Assembly: GCA_963846195.1 (NCBI GenBank)
Contig: CAWJVG010000001.1
Location: forward strand, 38,654-102,653
Length of the DNA stretch: 64,000 nt
Direction of reading: 5' to 3'
Source: an uncultured Verrucomicrobiae bacterium
GTDB taxonomy: Bacteria > Verrucomicrobiota > Verrucomicrobiia > Chthoniobacterales > JAFAMB01
This document shows positions 48,550 through 59,298 of the stretch, one piece after another. Under the pieces are notes generated by a model. The model was given only the letters and a program-made list of their open reading frames with translations, was not told where the DNA came from and did not search any database. Numbering within the stretch: the stretch's first letter is position 1; the number at the start of each line of letters is the position of its first letter. A program made the translations under genes and the position numbers.

Positions 48550-49124
48550 ACTGATCCAGGGATAGAAGCTTGAAGGGCGCGCACCGTATGACTCGCCCGA
48601 CTGTCTTGAACCTCCGCGAGAGTGTCCCCCTGCTGTTGACGGGTGCGCATTTCCTTAGAGCAGGAACCACCGTGGTAGACCGGCGCTGGAGCGGTAAAAT
48701 GACTTTGAGATCGTTTTTCCATTTTCGGCCCCACATCTTGGCGAGCATTAAACCGAGGATAGCAATTTTCATATAGAACTCTAGGATTTTTATAGAAATT
48801 TTAATCCCCGTGGTTTTCTCGCATCTCATCGGCACAGTCGATCGGATCCCGATCTGGCACGAGATCCAAGCGGTCAAGGACGGAGTTGATCTGTGGTTCG
48901 CCCAACGGATTGCAAATTGGTGAGTGGCGTGGGCAATCGCCCAAAAGCGCATATGGTCCATAATTTTGAGGGGTGATGGACGCAATTGTCATTTTTTCGG
49001 CGTCCGCGCAGGCGGTGGAATGCCGAGCACGTTGCAAAATCGTGATAATATTATAGTGGCCATACATCGCGCCGAATGTGAGGGTCTGAAAAGAATTTGC
49101 ACCTTCCGGCAAAACGATTCCGAA

Positions 49125-50171
49125 ATGAGCTTCAGATTTCACAGACGCATTAAGATCGCGCCCGGACTTGCCATCAATTTGTCGAAAGTCTGGCCGTCGC
49201 TATCGATTGGGGGGCGGGGTGCAACAATCAACCTTGGGCGACGAGGTCCCCGAGCTAACCTCGGCATTCCAGGGACTGGCATGAGTTGGCAATTCGGCGG
49301 CGATAGACAAATCCACAAGACCATCCAGGCGCAAGCGGACGTCCGAGCCGTTCACGCACAAGGGACCGTTAAAGCCGTAAAGGCGCAATCGGAAATCATT
49401 GCTATCACGAAGCGGATGGAAACAGTCGCGAAGAGGCTAACCAGAAATACCGTCGGTAGCAGTTATTGGAAAAAAGCGGCGATCGAACAGGCGCAATTAT
49501 TGGACAAGATGCTCGATGTCGCAAAGTCGGGCGAAAACGACCAACTGATCGCTGCGGTCCAGAAATGTCATCACGCTTGGGGCGACGGCAACCCTCATTT
49601 CCGAGCGGCGCTGGATTCCGGTATGACGATTACCGAATGCCTCGCAAAAGTGTTGGCAGGCGAGCAACCTGACCAAAAGGTATCGACAAATTTGTTGAGC
49701 AATCAGGCAAAGATCACTGGTCCGGAGATGACCACGGACATGGTGAAAGAACCGCAGACCCACGATTCGTTTTCGAATCCTCATCAGGTGGCAGTGGAAA
49801 AAGCGGACATCAATCCTTCGATCGGTGAACCGGCTCTTGGGTCGGCTTTCTGGAAGGCCGTCGGGCGAAATCTTATTCTCCCTATGATAGGGTGCGGCGT
49901 GATCGCGGTGGTTTACATGATCGTGGCCGATAAATTGATAACGCACCCTCAAGTTATCGTCTCGGCAACGCCAACACTCGAAACACCTACACCAGTTCCG
50001 GCACCCCCTACACCGGCGGCAACGCTGGTACCGGAGGCGCATCCGATTACGCCTATTTCGCAACTGGCGACACCAACTCCCTCGCCGGTGCAAATCACCC
50101 CAACGCCCTCAAAGCACGAAGAAGTGATCCACGGCAAAGCGGTACACCATAAACATCCGACGCACAATTGA
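49125..50171 (+). CDS. DUF4236-domain membrane protein with Pro/Thr-rich tail
   Basis: MSFRFHRRIKIAPGLAINLSK...SLSIGGRGA...GIPGTGMSW is the DUF4236 signature; internal TM; PTP repeats. Confidence 0.82.
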   Translation: MSFRFHRRIKIAPGLAINLSKVWPSLSIGGRGATINLGRRGPRANLGIPGTGMSWQFGGDRQIHKTIQAQADVRAVHAQGTVKAVKAQSEIIAITKRMETVAKRLTRNTVGSSYWKKAAIEQAQLLDKMLDVAKSGENDQLIAAVQKCHHAWGDGNPHFRAALDSGMTITECLAKVLAGEQPDQKVSTNLLSNQAKITGPEMTTDMVKEPQTHDSFSNPHQVAVEKADINPSIGEPALGSAFWKAVGRNLILPMIGCGVIAVVYMIVADKLITHPQVIVSATPTLETPTPVPAPPTPAATLVPEAHPITPISQLATPTPSPVQITPTPSKHEEVIHGKAVHHKHPTHN

Positions 50172-50384
50172 ACGCGCCGCGAAGAACAGTGATGCCAGCC
50201 TCAGGGCAGAAGTAAAAGGCCCACATCCAAGGCCGCCGCCAATAGCGAACCTGTGTTGCCATCCACTTGGTTCTGCCAAATTTTCCGCGCTCTACGCAAA
50301 AGCAACGGTACCCATCGAGAAAGCATGGGTGCGACCGAGGTGCACTGGATGAAGTTAGAGGATTTGAGGAGGTTATAAACTGTT

Positions 50385-50705
50385 ATGAATGTCACACAGA
50401 TCAAAGACGAAATTCGCAAGCTGAACCAGATCGACAAAGTTGAAATCTTCGCGTGGATCAATCGAGAAGAAGTAGCAAATGACCTGTCTAAAATCGGAGC
50501 GTACCGGTCAATTCAGATTCGCCAGGAAATAGAAGAGAGGCTCAGGGTCACTGTCCCAAAAAGACACGTGCGACACGATAAGAAAGCTTTCGACCAGTCG
50601 CGTCGATTGGTCTCGGTTGGACGGTTGAAATCCTTACCCATCAAAGAAGATCATCCGGTAGCGGGGTGTTACCGAAAGCCACTGGGCAAATCCTCCGGCG
50701 GATGA
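50385..50705 (+). CDS. Hypothetical helical protein
   Basis: GAGGAGG upstream; MNVTQIKDEIRKLNQIDKVEIFAWI resembles small addiction-module components (weak). Confidence 0.55.
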   Translation: MNVTQIKDEIRKLNQIDKVEIFAWINREEVANDLSKIGAYRSIQIRQEIEERLRVTVPKRHVRHDKKAFDQSRRLVSVGRLKSLPIKEDHPVAGCYRKPLGKSSGG

Positions 50706-50855
50706 CCAAGCTTTTCGCGAACAGTGCAGGAAATTTTTCGAAGATACCGTCCCGATCGTCGAATGGTATCCAGAACTGGCCTGACTAAAATCAACCGTAT
50801 CTGTAAGGATGTTATTGACTTAACTCTAAGTCCTTGTTTCGTAGCGACTTAGAAT

Positions 50856-50930
50856 TGGTGCGCGATGCAGGGTTTGAACCTGCGACTTCTTGCGTGTGAA
50901 GCAAGCGCTCTACCACTGAGCTAATCGCGC
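50856..50930 (-). tRNA. tRNA-Val(CAC)
   Basis: GCGCGATTAGCTCAGTGGTAGAGCGCTTGCTTCACACGCAAGAAGTCGCAGGTTCAAACCCTGCATCGCGCACCA. Confidence 0.95.
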
Positions 50931-50982
50931 AAAGTGCCGAGAATTCCGAGGATAGTTCAACGAAATGCGGATGCAACAGATT

Positions 50983-51627
50983 TCAACGGTCACAGGCAGC
51001 AGCCTTGCCAAGGACCTCCAGAAGCCAATCCGAGAGTGCATCCTTCGTCGGGAGACTACGGAGCAGGCCTTGGCCGGTACAGAAACCGAACCCTGGCCCA
51101 AAAGCGCTCCCATTGACGATGCAGGCATTCGTCCGGCTCAGTTCAATCTGTTGAACGCCTCTCTGCACGACGTCCATGGGCGTTCCTTCCAACTCAAACT
51201 TCCAGCCAACAATGTATGCCTTGGCAAATAAGTCCCGGAGCCGGCGAATCAATTTCTGTTTGGGAATAAGCCGAAGCTCGATCGAGTCCGCGTCGCTGGA
51301 TATCTTGCGGGCACCCGAGATCCTCCCGGAGACCAGCGCTTGCCCCAATCCAAAATCTGACAATGCGGCGGCATGCAACACTGCATCCACACGGTCGCGT
51401 TCAGCGACTTCGCGCAGCAACCGGTGGAGATCTTCGTTCGTCAGGAAGGTTCTTGCCGTGTCCAGGCGGGAAATCGCGCCGCGGCCCAGGAACAACTCGA
51501 CACTGTGCCCGGCAGCCGAGAATTTTCGAGCAAGCTTCACCGCCAACTCGCCGGTCGATTGATTGGTGATAAACCGCACCTCATCGATTGGTTCGCTGGC
51601 CGGTCCGCCGGTGATCACTATCCGCAT
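50983..51627 (-). CDS. coaB: Stand-alone phosphopantothenate--cysteine ligase
   Basis: ITGGPASEPIDEVRFITNQSTG, HAAALSDF, VGWKFE; no CoaC domain. Confidence 0.85.
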   Translation of the reverse strand: MRIVITGGPASEPIDEVRFITNQSTGELAVKLARKFSAAGHSVELFLGRGAISRLDTARTFLTNEDLHRLLREVAERDRVDAVLHAAALSDFGLGQALVSGRISGARKISSDADSIELRLIPKQKLIRRLRDLFAKAYIVGWKFELEGTPMDVVQRGVQQIELSRTNACIVNGSAFGPGFGFCTGQGLLRSLPTKDALSDWLLEVLGKAAACDR

Positions 51628-51758
51628 ACCCACTTTTAGCGCGACGGCGCCGCAACCCAAATCCTTTCAGCGGTATTGCTGAAGGTTCGTCCCAATTTTG
51701 TTTGCCAATTCTTCATCGAGGTTTTGAATCTCGGGTTCCATCTCGTAGATTGAATTCG

Positions 51759-52928
51759 ATGACACCGAGAGCAGCATCGCGGATTTTTGTCGGGAAGTAC
51801 TCCGAGAGAGCGGTGATTGATGTTGCAGAGTCGATTCGACATGAAATCGGAACGAACGCTTCCCTTGGTGTGCTTTTTCTGACCCAGGAATGGCGACCGC
51901 ATCTCGAAGACACGCTGGAGTTAATACGACTCCATGGCCACGTACCACAGCTCGTCGGATGCTCCGGATGGGGCGTGATTGGAAGCAAACGAGAAATTGA
52001 GCATGAACCGGGCTTCAGCCTGATCTTATTTTCGCTGCCTGCCGAAAGCTTTGCGGTTGTGCAAATCACTGAAGCACAGATCGAGGAATCCACCGGAGCA
52101 GCGTACTGGCCGGCAGCAACTGGTCTTTCCGCCAAAGAGATGACCTCCTGGATCGTGCTCGCGAATCCTTATTTCGGTGGCGCTGAAAGCTGGCTGGACG
52201 AATGGAGCGCCGGCTACCCGAAAATTCCGATTCTGGGGGGCTTGGCAAGCTCCACCAATTCAGAGATCTTTCTCCTCAAGGACGGAGAGGTGACGCCTGC
52301 GCCGGTCTTGGCGATCGGAATGAAGAGAGGGCTTCTCGTTCGATCTTTGGTCAGCCAAGGCTGCCGTCCCATTGGCGACCCTTCACCCATTACGAAGGCC
52401 GAGCAAAACTTGATCCTGGAGATCGGAAACCTGCCAGCGTATCAAGCCTTGGAGGCTGCGTTTCTGAGCATCCCGGCCGAACAACGAGTCTCGGTTCGGA
52501 ATAACTTGTTCCTTGGACTGGCGGTGTCCGAATATATCGAGGACTTCAAGCAAGGCGATTTTTTGATCCGCAATATCCTGGGGGCGGATCCGCAGATTGG
52601 TGCATTGGCAGTGGGCGCTCATCCCAGGGTAGGCCAGACTGTTCAATTTCAATTGCGCGATTCAAAGTCCGCCAGGGAAGACCTTGTCATGGCATCAGAA
52701 AACGTTAAAACGGGGCTGTCAGGGCCAATCGGGATCTTACTATTCTCGTGCGCCGGCCGCGGGAAGGGCCTCTTTGGCACGTCGGACCATGACGCAGAAA
52801 CGTTGGCCAGGATTTTGGGAAATATTCCTTTGGCGGGTTTCTTCTGCAACGGAGAGATCGGACCGGTCGGCGGTAAAGCCTACTTACACGGGTACACCGC
52901 TTCGGCGGCTGTCATTTGCGCTACGTAG
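51759..52928 (+). CDS. FIST-domain sensory protein (NosP-like)
   Basis: LVGCSGWGVIG, GGLAS, VSQGCRPIG, FSCAGRG, GFFCNGEIGP. Confidence 0.88.
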   Translation: MTPRAASRIFVGKYSERAVIDVAESIRHEIGTNASLGVLFLTQEWRPHLEDTLELIRLHGHVPQLVGCSGWGVIGSKREIEHEPGFSLILFSLPAESFAVVQITEAQIEESTGAAYWPAATGLSAKEMTSWIVLANPYFGGAESWLDEWSAGYPKIPILGGLASSTNSEIFLLKDGEVTPAPVLAIGMKRGLLVRSLVSQGCRPIGDPSPITKAEQNLILEIGNLPAYQALEAAFLSIPAEQRVSVRNNLFLGLAVSEYIEDFKQGDFLIRNILGADPQIGALAVGAHPRVGQTVQFQLRDSKSAREDLVMASENVKTGLSGPIGILLFSCAGRGKGLFGTSDHDAETLARILGNIPLAGFFCNGEIGPVGGKAYLHGYTASAAVICAT

Positions 52929-53836
52929 CGTCTGTGGAAAATGTGCTAAATCCGAATTCCGGTCCAAGAACGCCCGAGCCCGCGGTTTTTTCATTTTCCG
53001 ATTACGCGGTCGGAGCTGGAGAAAAGCTTCATGTCAGCACGTTTGAAGAAGCGCTCCGATATCGTCAGAATCGCCAGCGCCCGCACAGGCACGATTTTTA
53101 CCAAGTCTTTTGGATGCGGCGCGGAGCTCCGGTGTTCAACATCGATTTTTATCATTTCACCATTGAGGCGCACGCGCTCGTGTTCGTCCCGCCGGGCGCG
53201 GTTCACAATTTCGAAGAACTCAGCCCAGCCGAGGGGTTCATCTTATCGTTTGAGGAGGACTTCTTTGAATCGGAAGGTTATTCGGTAGATCTCTTCGCCG
53301 AATGCCCTGCGCTTGATCCCGCACAAATTCGCACGGTGTTGGCAGTCCCCGAATCCTCGGTGGAAATGGTTCACAGCTATTGCGAGCGGATGTTCGAAGA
53401 ATTAAGCGCGAAAAGAGAGGGTTACCGGGCTGCGACTGCCTCGCTCTTACGCCTCCTGTTTGTCGAAATCCGACGTTGTTTGTCCAACCAGTCCGCTCCA
53501 AGTTCTTTCCGCAAATATTCTCCGTTAACCGCGCGCTTCTTACGCACGTTGAACGCGCGACCCTACCAGCTGACAACGGCCTCTGAAGTTGCAAGATTCC
53601 TCGGGATATCCCGCAGTTGGCTAAATCAGGTGGTGCGCCAGGAGACGGCAAAAAACCTTACCGATCATTTGCGAGGAAGATTGATCCTCGAATCGAAACG
53701 TCTTTTGGCGCATTCCGATCTCAACGTATCCGAGATCGCTTATCAGCTCGGGTTTGAAGATCCCTCCTATTTCACTCGTCTTTTTCGCCAGGTGGAAAGG
53801 CTGAGTCCTCGAGAGTTTCGCGAAAGATATCGGTGA
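52916..53836 (+). CDS. AraC-family regulator with cupin sensor
   Basis: PHRHDFYQ, PPGAVH, EIAYQLGFEDPSYFTRLF; exact start uncertain. Confidence 0.9.
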   Translation: MRYVASVENVLNPNSGPRTPEPAVFSFSDYAVGAGEKLHVSTFEEALRYRQNRQRPHRHDFYQVFWMRRGAPVFNIDFYHFTIEAHALVFVPPGAVHNFEELSPAEGFILSFEEDFFESEGYSVDLFAECPALDPAQIRTVLAVPESSVEMVHSYCERMFEELSAKREGYRAATASLLRLLFVEIRRCLSNQSAPSSFRKYSPLTARFLRTLNARPYQLTTASEVARFLGISRSWLNQVVRQETAKNLTDHLRGRLILESKRLLAHSDLNVSEIAYQLGFEDPSYFTRLFRQVERLSPREFRERYR

Positions 53837-54044
53837 TTGGATGGACAGGGGTCACAGCGCTGAGGTTCCGAAGGCTCTTCCAGTCGAAATCTCCTAGAAG
53901 AAGCGCGAATCATTCCAATGAAGGCGATGGCAAGTCGGCGCAAATAAGGCATTGTTCTCTGATGACCGACTGGTCAACTCATTTGATTCTTTGGCGGGTT
54001 TCACCGTTAGTAGGTGATCTGACCGTTCTTGCGAGGTACACTCT

Positions 54045-57000
54045 ATGTGGATCGTCCAGTTAGCTTTACGACGACCTTACACCTTCATCGTTCTCGCGAT
54101 CTTTATCCTGATCGCAGGGGTCCTCTCGATTTTACGGACACCCAAGGATATCTTTCCTGATATCAATATCCCGGTCTGTGCCGCTATCTGGAATTTTACG
54201 GGTATGCCAGCCGAGGAATTCTCAAACCGTATCACCTCGGTGTACGAGAGAATCTTGACGACCGTCGTCAACGACATCGAGCATATCGAGTCCACCTCGT
54301 ACAACGGTATCGGAGTCGTCAAAATCTACCTCCAGCCGAACGCCAGCGTTCCAGTCGCGATGGCGCAATTGACGGCTGCCTCCCAAGCCGTCCTGAAACA
54401 ACTGCCGCCGGGAGAAACACCTCCGCTGATTTTGAGTTTCAGCGCTTCCAACGTTCCTGTCCTGCGTCTCGGGCTGAGCGGTGCCAATTTTTCGGAGCAG
54501 CAACTCAACGATCTTGCCTTGAACTTCCTCAGGGTTCAACTGGTAACGGTTCCAGGCGCGGCAGTCCCCTATCCCTACGGCGGCAAGCAGCGAGTGATCT
54601 CGATTGATATTAACGGCCAGGAACTCCAGGCACGAGGGCTTTCTCCCACTGACGTCATCAACGCCGTCAACGCGCAAAACGTCATTTTGCCCTCAGGAAC
54701 GGCCAAGATCGGAGGGCAGGAATTCGACATTGGATTGAACTCCAGTCCCAAAACAATCAAAGAATTGGGCGATATCCCGGTTCGCACGCTCAATGGCACA
54801 ACAACCTACGTGCGCGATGTAGCGAGTGTGCGGGACGGGTTCATTCCTCAAACGAACATTGTCCGGTTCGATGGCCGAAGGGCGACGATGGTTCAGGTCC
54901 AAAAAAATGGCAAGGCCTCCACGTTGGATATTGTTCAAGGGGAGAAGCAACTGGTCGAACGGCTGAAGCCGACCTTGCCCGCGGGCTTGAACGTTCAAAC
55001 ACTGGCTGATCAATCTATTTTCGTGACGGCGGCGATCGAGGGCGTGGTCAAGGAAGCTGTGATTGCCGGATGCCTGACTGCATTGATGATCCTTCTTTTT
55101 TTGGGAAGCTGGCGGAGCACCCTGGTGATTGCTGTCTCGATTCCTCTTTCGATTCTAACTTCAATCTCCGTACTATCAGCGCTCGGCGAGACGATTAATA
55201 TCATGACGCTCGGAGGTCTTGCGCTGGCCGTCGGTATTTTGGTCGACGATGCGACGGTCACGATCGAAAATATCGATCGGCACCTTGAGGAGGGGAAATC
55301 ACTGCACGACGGGATTCTCGAGGGCGCGGCCCAGATCGCGGTTCCAGCGTTTGTCTCCACCCTCTGTATTTGCATCGTTTTTGTACCGATTTTCTTCCTC
55401 AGCGGAACCGCCAAGTTCCTTTTCGCGCCTCTGGGCGAAGCCGTCATCTTTGCCATGCTCGCTTCGTACCTACTTTCTCGAACCCTCGTTCCGACGCTCG
55501 CCATGTATTGGCTGGGAGGAGACCATGCCAAGCACAACGCACCGGGAGGGAAAACAGCCCCGGCGCAAAAACGCGGCAATCCGATCCTGGGAATATTTGG
55601 GGCGATCAATCGCGAGTTCAATCGGAGGTTTGAATCGTTTCGCGAAAGCTACCGTGATCTGCTCGCCATGTGCCTGCGAAACACTCGTCTGGTCGTCGTC
55701 CTCTTTCTCGGATTTGCGGCGGTTTCAATGCTTTTGGTACCCTGGTTAGGGCAGGATTTCTTCCCGGCAGTCGACGCAGGCCAATTTACGCTGCATGTCC
55801 GGACCAAAAGCGGAACACGAATCGAAGAGGTGGCACGGCAAGTGGATAAGATCGAAGGCGCCATCCGTGAAGAAATCCCGAAAACCCAATTGAAGGGAAT
55901 CATCGATAATATCGGCTTGCCCTACAGCGGTATTAATCTCACCTACTCGAATTCAGGCGTGGCAAGCGCGGCAGATGCGGACATCCTGGTGTCGCTTGGT
56001 GAAAAGCACGATCCCACTGCGCAATTCGTCAGCAGGATCAGAAAACGCATGCACCGGGATTTTCCGGGGATAACCGCCTCATTCCCACCGGCGGATATCG
56101 TGGCCCAGATCTTAAATTTCGGGTTACCTGCGCCCATTGATGTACAGATTATCGGTCCCAATACCGCCGCCAACGCGCAACTGGCCAACCGTCTGGCGGG
56201 TCAAATCAACCGTATCCCTGGCGCGGTCGATGTGCGCGTTCAACAGCCGTTCGATTCACCGCGGATGAATCTGGTGGTTGATCGCACCGAGGCTTCTCAA
56301 CTGGGAATCACAGAGAACCAGGTCGCCAGTTCACTCATTGGAGCCTTGAGCGGGTCTTCACAGGTTAACCCGAATTTCTGGCTCGATCCGAAAAATGGCG
56401 TGAGCTATACCGTGAACACCCAGTCACCTCAATATTCGATCGATTCGCTGGATGCATTGCGCGACCTCCCGATCCTTGGGCCTTCGGGAACAAATCCGAC
56501 GAGCGGCACATCGACGGGGGGAGCGCCTACTCAAATTCTGGGCAACCTGGTGCAAATCAATCGTTCTTCCGAACCTCCGATTGTCACGCATTACAACATC
56601 CAACCGGTCGTCGATGTTTTCGCTGCGGCCGAGGGCAAAGACCTCGGATATGTAGCCTCTCAGGTTGAGAAGGTGATGAACGGCGCCCAAAAAGATTTAC
56701 CGAAAGGAAGCCGCATGGTCTTGCGGGGCCAGGTCCTAACCATGAGGGAGTCATTCGCAGGATTGATCGGGGGACTGGTCTTCGCAATGCTCCTGGTCTA
56801 TCTCTTGATGGTCGTCAATTTCCAATCGTGGGTCGACCCGCTGATCATTGTTTGTGCGTTGCCGCTCGCACTTGCGGGAATCGTCTGGATGTTGTTTGTG
56901 ACAGGCACTACTCTCAGTGTGCCCGCGCTAATGGGAGCCATTATGTGCATGGGCGTCGGGACTGCGAATAGTGTCCTTGTGATAACATTCGCGAACGAGG

Positions 57001-57284
57001 TGCTCGAAGAATATAAAGATTCGTACAGAGCTGCTCTGCAGGCAGGTTACGTCCGCTTGCGGCCTGTACTGATGACCGCGATTGCCATGATCATCGGTAT
57101 GGTGCCAATGGCTTTAGGACTGGGCGAAGGCGGCGAACAAAATGCGCCCTTGGGCAGGGCAGTCATCGGCGGGCTGTTGTTCGCCACGGTCGCAACGCTT
57201 TTCTTTGTGCCGACGGTCTTCGCTGCTATCCGCGAAAACAAGTTCAATCGGCAAATAGCGGTCACCGCCCATACCGCTAATTAA
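54045..57284 (+). CDS. RND efflux permease
   Basis: GILVDDATVTIENI, RLRPVLMTA, APLGRAVIGG; 1079 aa. Confidence 0.95.
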   Translation: MWIVQLALRRPYTFIVLAIFILIAGVLSILRTPKDIFPDINIPVCAAIWNFTGMPAEEFSNRITSVYERILTTVVNDIEHIESTSYNGIGVVKIYLQPNASVPVAMAQLTAASQAVLKQLPPGETPPLILSFSASNVPVLRLGLSGANFSEQQLNDLALNFLRVQLVTVPGAAVPYPYGGKQRVISIDINGQELQARGLSPTDVINAVNAQNVILPSGTAKIGGQEFDIGLNSSPKTIKELGDIPVRTLNGTTTYVRDVASVRDGFIPQTNIVRFDGRRATMVQVQKNGKASTLDIVQGEKQLVERLKPTLPAGLNVQTLADQSIFVTAAIEGVVKEAVIAGCLTALMILLFLGSWRSTLVIAVSIPLSILTSISVLSALGETINIMTLGGLALAVGILVDDATVTIENIDRHLEEGKSLHDGILEGAAQIAVPAFVSTLCICIVFVPIFFLSGTAKFLFAPLGEAVIFAMLASYLLSRTLVPTLAMYWLGGDHAKHNAPGGKTAPAQKRGNPILGIFGAINREFNRRFESFRESYRDLLAMCLRNTRLVVVLFLGFAAVSMLLVPWLGQDFFPAVDAGQFTLHVRTKSGTRIEEVARQVDKIEGAIREEIPKTQLKGIIDNIGLPYSGINLTYSNSGVASAADADILVSLGEKHDPTAQFVSRIRKRMHRDFPGITASFPPADIVAQILNFGLPAPIDVQIIGPNTAANAQLANRLAGQINRIPGAVDVRVQQPFDSPRMNLVVDRTEASQLGITENQVASSLIGALSGSSQVNPNFWLDPKNGVSYTVNTQSPQYSIDSLDALRDLPILGPSGTNPTSGTSTGGAPTQILGNLVQINRSSEPPIVTHYNIQPVVDVFAAAEGKDLGYVASQVEKVMNGAQKDLPKGSRMVLRGQVLTMRESFAGLIGGLVFAMLLVYLLMVVNFQSWVDPLIIVCALPLALAGIVWMLFVTGTTLSVPALMGAIMCMGVGTANSVLVITFANEVLEEYKDSYRAALQAGYVRLRPVLMTAIAMIIGMVPMALGLGEGGEQNAPLGRAVIGGLLFATVATLFFVPTVFAAIRENKFNRQIAVTAHTAN

Positions 57285-57289
57285 TTTCT

Positions 57290-58513
57290 TTGGAGACAAA
57301 AATGACGCAGGGTACTTTGAAAGCAACCGAACCATTGAAACAAGAGCCGCCCATTGCTGAAAAAGGCGACCGGAAAGGAGTTAAAATCTTTTTCCTGGCC
57401 GGCGGCGCGTTATTTATCGCGATTGCCGTCCTGGGAATTTCGTCCCGCACCGCGAAAACGTCCGGACTTCAACAGCAATCAAACGAAGCCGCGCAAGTGA
57501 TCGTGAACGTGGTCCATCCTGAGAAAGCGGCGACGATTATCCCACTTCAGTTACCGGGACAGACCAGAGCTTACATCGAAGCGCCAATCTTCGCTCAAAC
57601 CAGTGGTTACCTGAAAAAGTGGTACTTCGATATTGGAGCGAAGGTCAAGGCCGGCGACGTTCTTGCGGAAATCGACACCCCTCAGGTCGACCAACAGTTC
57701 AAGCAAGCCCAGGCGCAACTCAAGGTAGCCGAGTCCGCCCGCGACCTGGCCGGATCGACCTTCAGGCGCGATCAGGATCTTTACAATCGCAAGGTGATTG
57801 CCGCACAGGATTTTGACACGGCTTCGGACACCTACCGCCAGACCCAGGCGACAGTCAACGCGGATCAAGCCTCCTTGAACGCACTCCAAGCGCTCGAGAA
57901 CTTCAAAGTGGTCAAAGCTCCCTTCGATGGAATCGTAACAGAGCGGGATACGGACATCGGAGCGTTCGTTCCTTCGGGCTCCGGGGTGCAGCTCTTCAGA
58001 ATGGCGCAGACCTCGCCACTCCGAGTTTACATTAATGTGCCGCAAACATTCTCGCGTTTTGTGAAGCAAGGCGTGAAGGCGGATCTTTTTCTAAATGAAC
58101 TTCCGGACCGTAAGTACCCGGCGCACGTGACCAATACAGCCGGCGCGATCGACCCGACATCGCGAACACTGCTGACCGAGCTGGAAGTACCGAATGAAAA
58201 TGAGGAATTGCTCCCTGGCGCGTATGCACAGATCAATCTGAAGCTGGAAGGCGATAGCGGGCTGGTCACGGTACCTTCCAATGCTCTTTTGTTCCGATCG
58301 GAAGGCGCGAGCGTAGGAGTGGTCCACCCGGACGGGAAAGTGGAGATCAGGAAAATCGTGATCGACCGGGACCTTGGAACCAAACTGCAGGTTTCCCACG
58401 GGCTTTCGGAATCAGACCAGGTCATTTTAAATCCCTCAGACGGGCTCGCAGATGGAATGGCCGTTACCGTCGCGACGCCAAAGCCAACTGCGCAACCGGT
58501 CGCCAAGGGATGA
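57290..58513 (+). CDS. RND membrane fusion protein
   Basis: SGYLKKWYFDIGAKVKAG, KAPFDG, IDPTSRT, LLPGAY. Confidence 0.93.
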   Translation: METKMTQGTLKATEPLKQEPPIAEKGDRKGVKIFFLAGGALFIAIAVLGISSRTAKTSGLQQQSNEAAQVIVNVVHPEKAATIIPLQLPGQTRAYIEAPIFAQTSGYLKKWYFDIGAKVKAGDVLAEIDTPQVDQQFKQAQAQLKVAESARDLAGSTFRRDQDLYNRKVIAAQDFDTASDTYRQTQATVNADQASLNALQALENFKVVKAPFDGIVTERDTDIGAFVPSGSGVQLFRMAQTSPLRVYINVPQTFSRFVKQGVKADLFLNELPDRKYPAHVTNTAGAIDPTSRTLLTELEVPNENEELLPGAYAQINLKLEGDSGLVTVPSNALLFRSEGASVGVVHPDGKVEIRKIVIDRDLGTKLQVSHGLSESDQVILNPSDGLADGMAVTVATPKPTAQPVAKG

Positions 58514-58522
58514 GCGCAGGCC

Positions 58523-59296
58523 TTAGCTCGCCAGGGCAGCTTCGGCGCGCCAAATGATCCGGGCAAAGCTCCGAGGATCCAGACTTGCTCCCCCGATGAG
58601 AGCACCGTCAATATTTTTTTGACGCATCAAATCCTCCGCGTTCTCCGGCTTCACGCTTCCGCCGTATTGAATGCGAACCCGGTCGGCAGTGGCCGTACCG
58701 AACAGTTCCGAAAGTACCGAACGAATGAATGCGTGGGCCTGCTCCGCCTCCGCCGGGGTTGCGGATCGGCCGGTACCAATGGCCCAACATGGTTCGTACG
58801 CCATGACGATTTCGGGCAGATCCTTCTCTACCACGCCGTCCAAACCCTTATGGATTTGTCTCCGCAACACCTCCTGGACCTGGCCGTCGTCCCGTTCGCG
58901 GAGTGATTCGCCTACACAGAGAATAGGGCGCAGACCAGCGTCCAGGGCGGCCCGCACCTTTCGATTCACGATCTCATCCGTTTCTCCGAACAAACTCCGT
59001 CGCTCGCTATGTCCAACGATGACATATTTGACGAAAAGCGCCCTAAGCATCGTCGCACTCACTTCACCAGTGAATGCCCCGCTTTTTTCCCAATGCATAT
59101 TCTGCGCGCCAATGCGAACGGCCGGAACTTTCTCGGAAACAGTTACCAGCGCAGGAATCGCAGTGAACGGAGGGATGATCACTATTTCGACGTTGCTGTC
59201 TTGCCCGATCTCCGACAGAAACGTTTCAAAATAAGATTCCGCCTCACTGTGGGTGAGATTCATCTTCCAGTTTGCTGCGAGTATTTGCTTCCGCAT
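58523..59296 (-). CDS. tpiA: Triosephosphate isomerase
   Basis: ANWKMN, GHSERR, AYEPCWAIGTG, YGGSV, IGGASL. Confidence 0.97.
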   Translation of the reverse strand: MRKQILAANWKMNLTHSEAESYFETFLSEIGQDSNVEIVIIPPFTAIPALVTVSEKVPAVRIGAQNMHWEKSGAFTGEVSATMLRALFVKYVIVGHSERRSLFGETDEIVNRKVRAALDAGLRPILCVGESLRERDDGQVQEVLRRQIHKGLDGVVEKDLPEIVMAYEPCWAIGTGRSATPAEAEQAHAFIRSVLSELFGTATADRVRIQYGGSVKPENAEDLMRQKNIDGALIGGASLDPRSFARIIWRAEAALAS

Positions 59297-59298
59297 GA

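Noticed and set aside
48263-48985. 240-aa minus-strand ORF
   Set aside because: It overlaps the more plausible 48025-48549 gene, has no recognisable motifs and crosses an AT-rich promoter-like tract.
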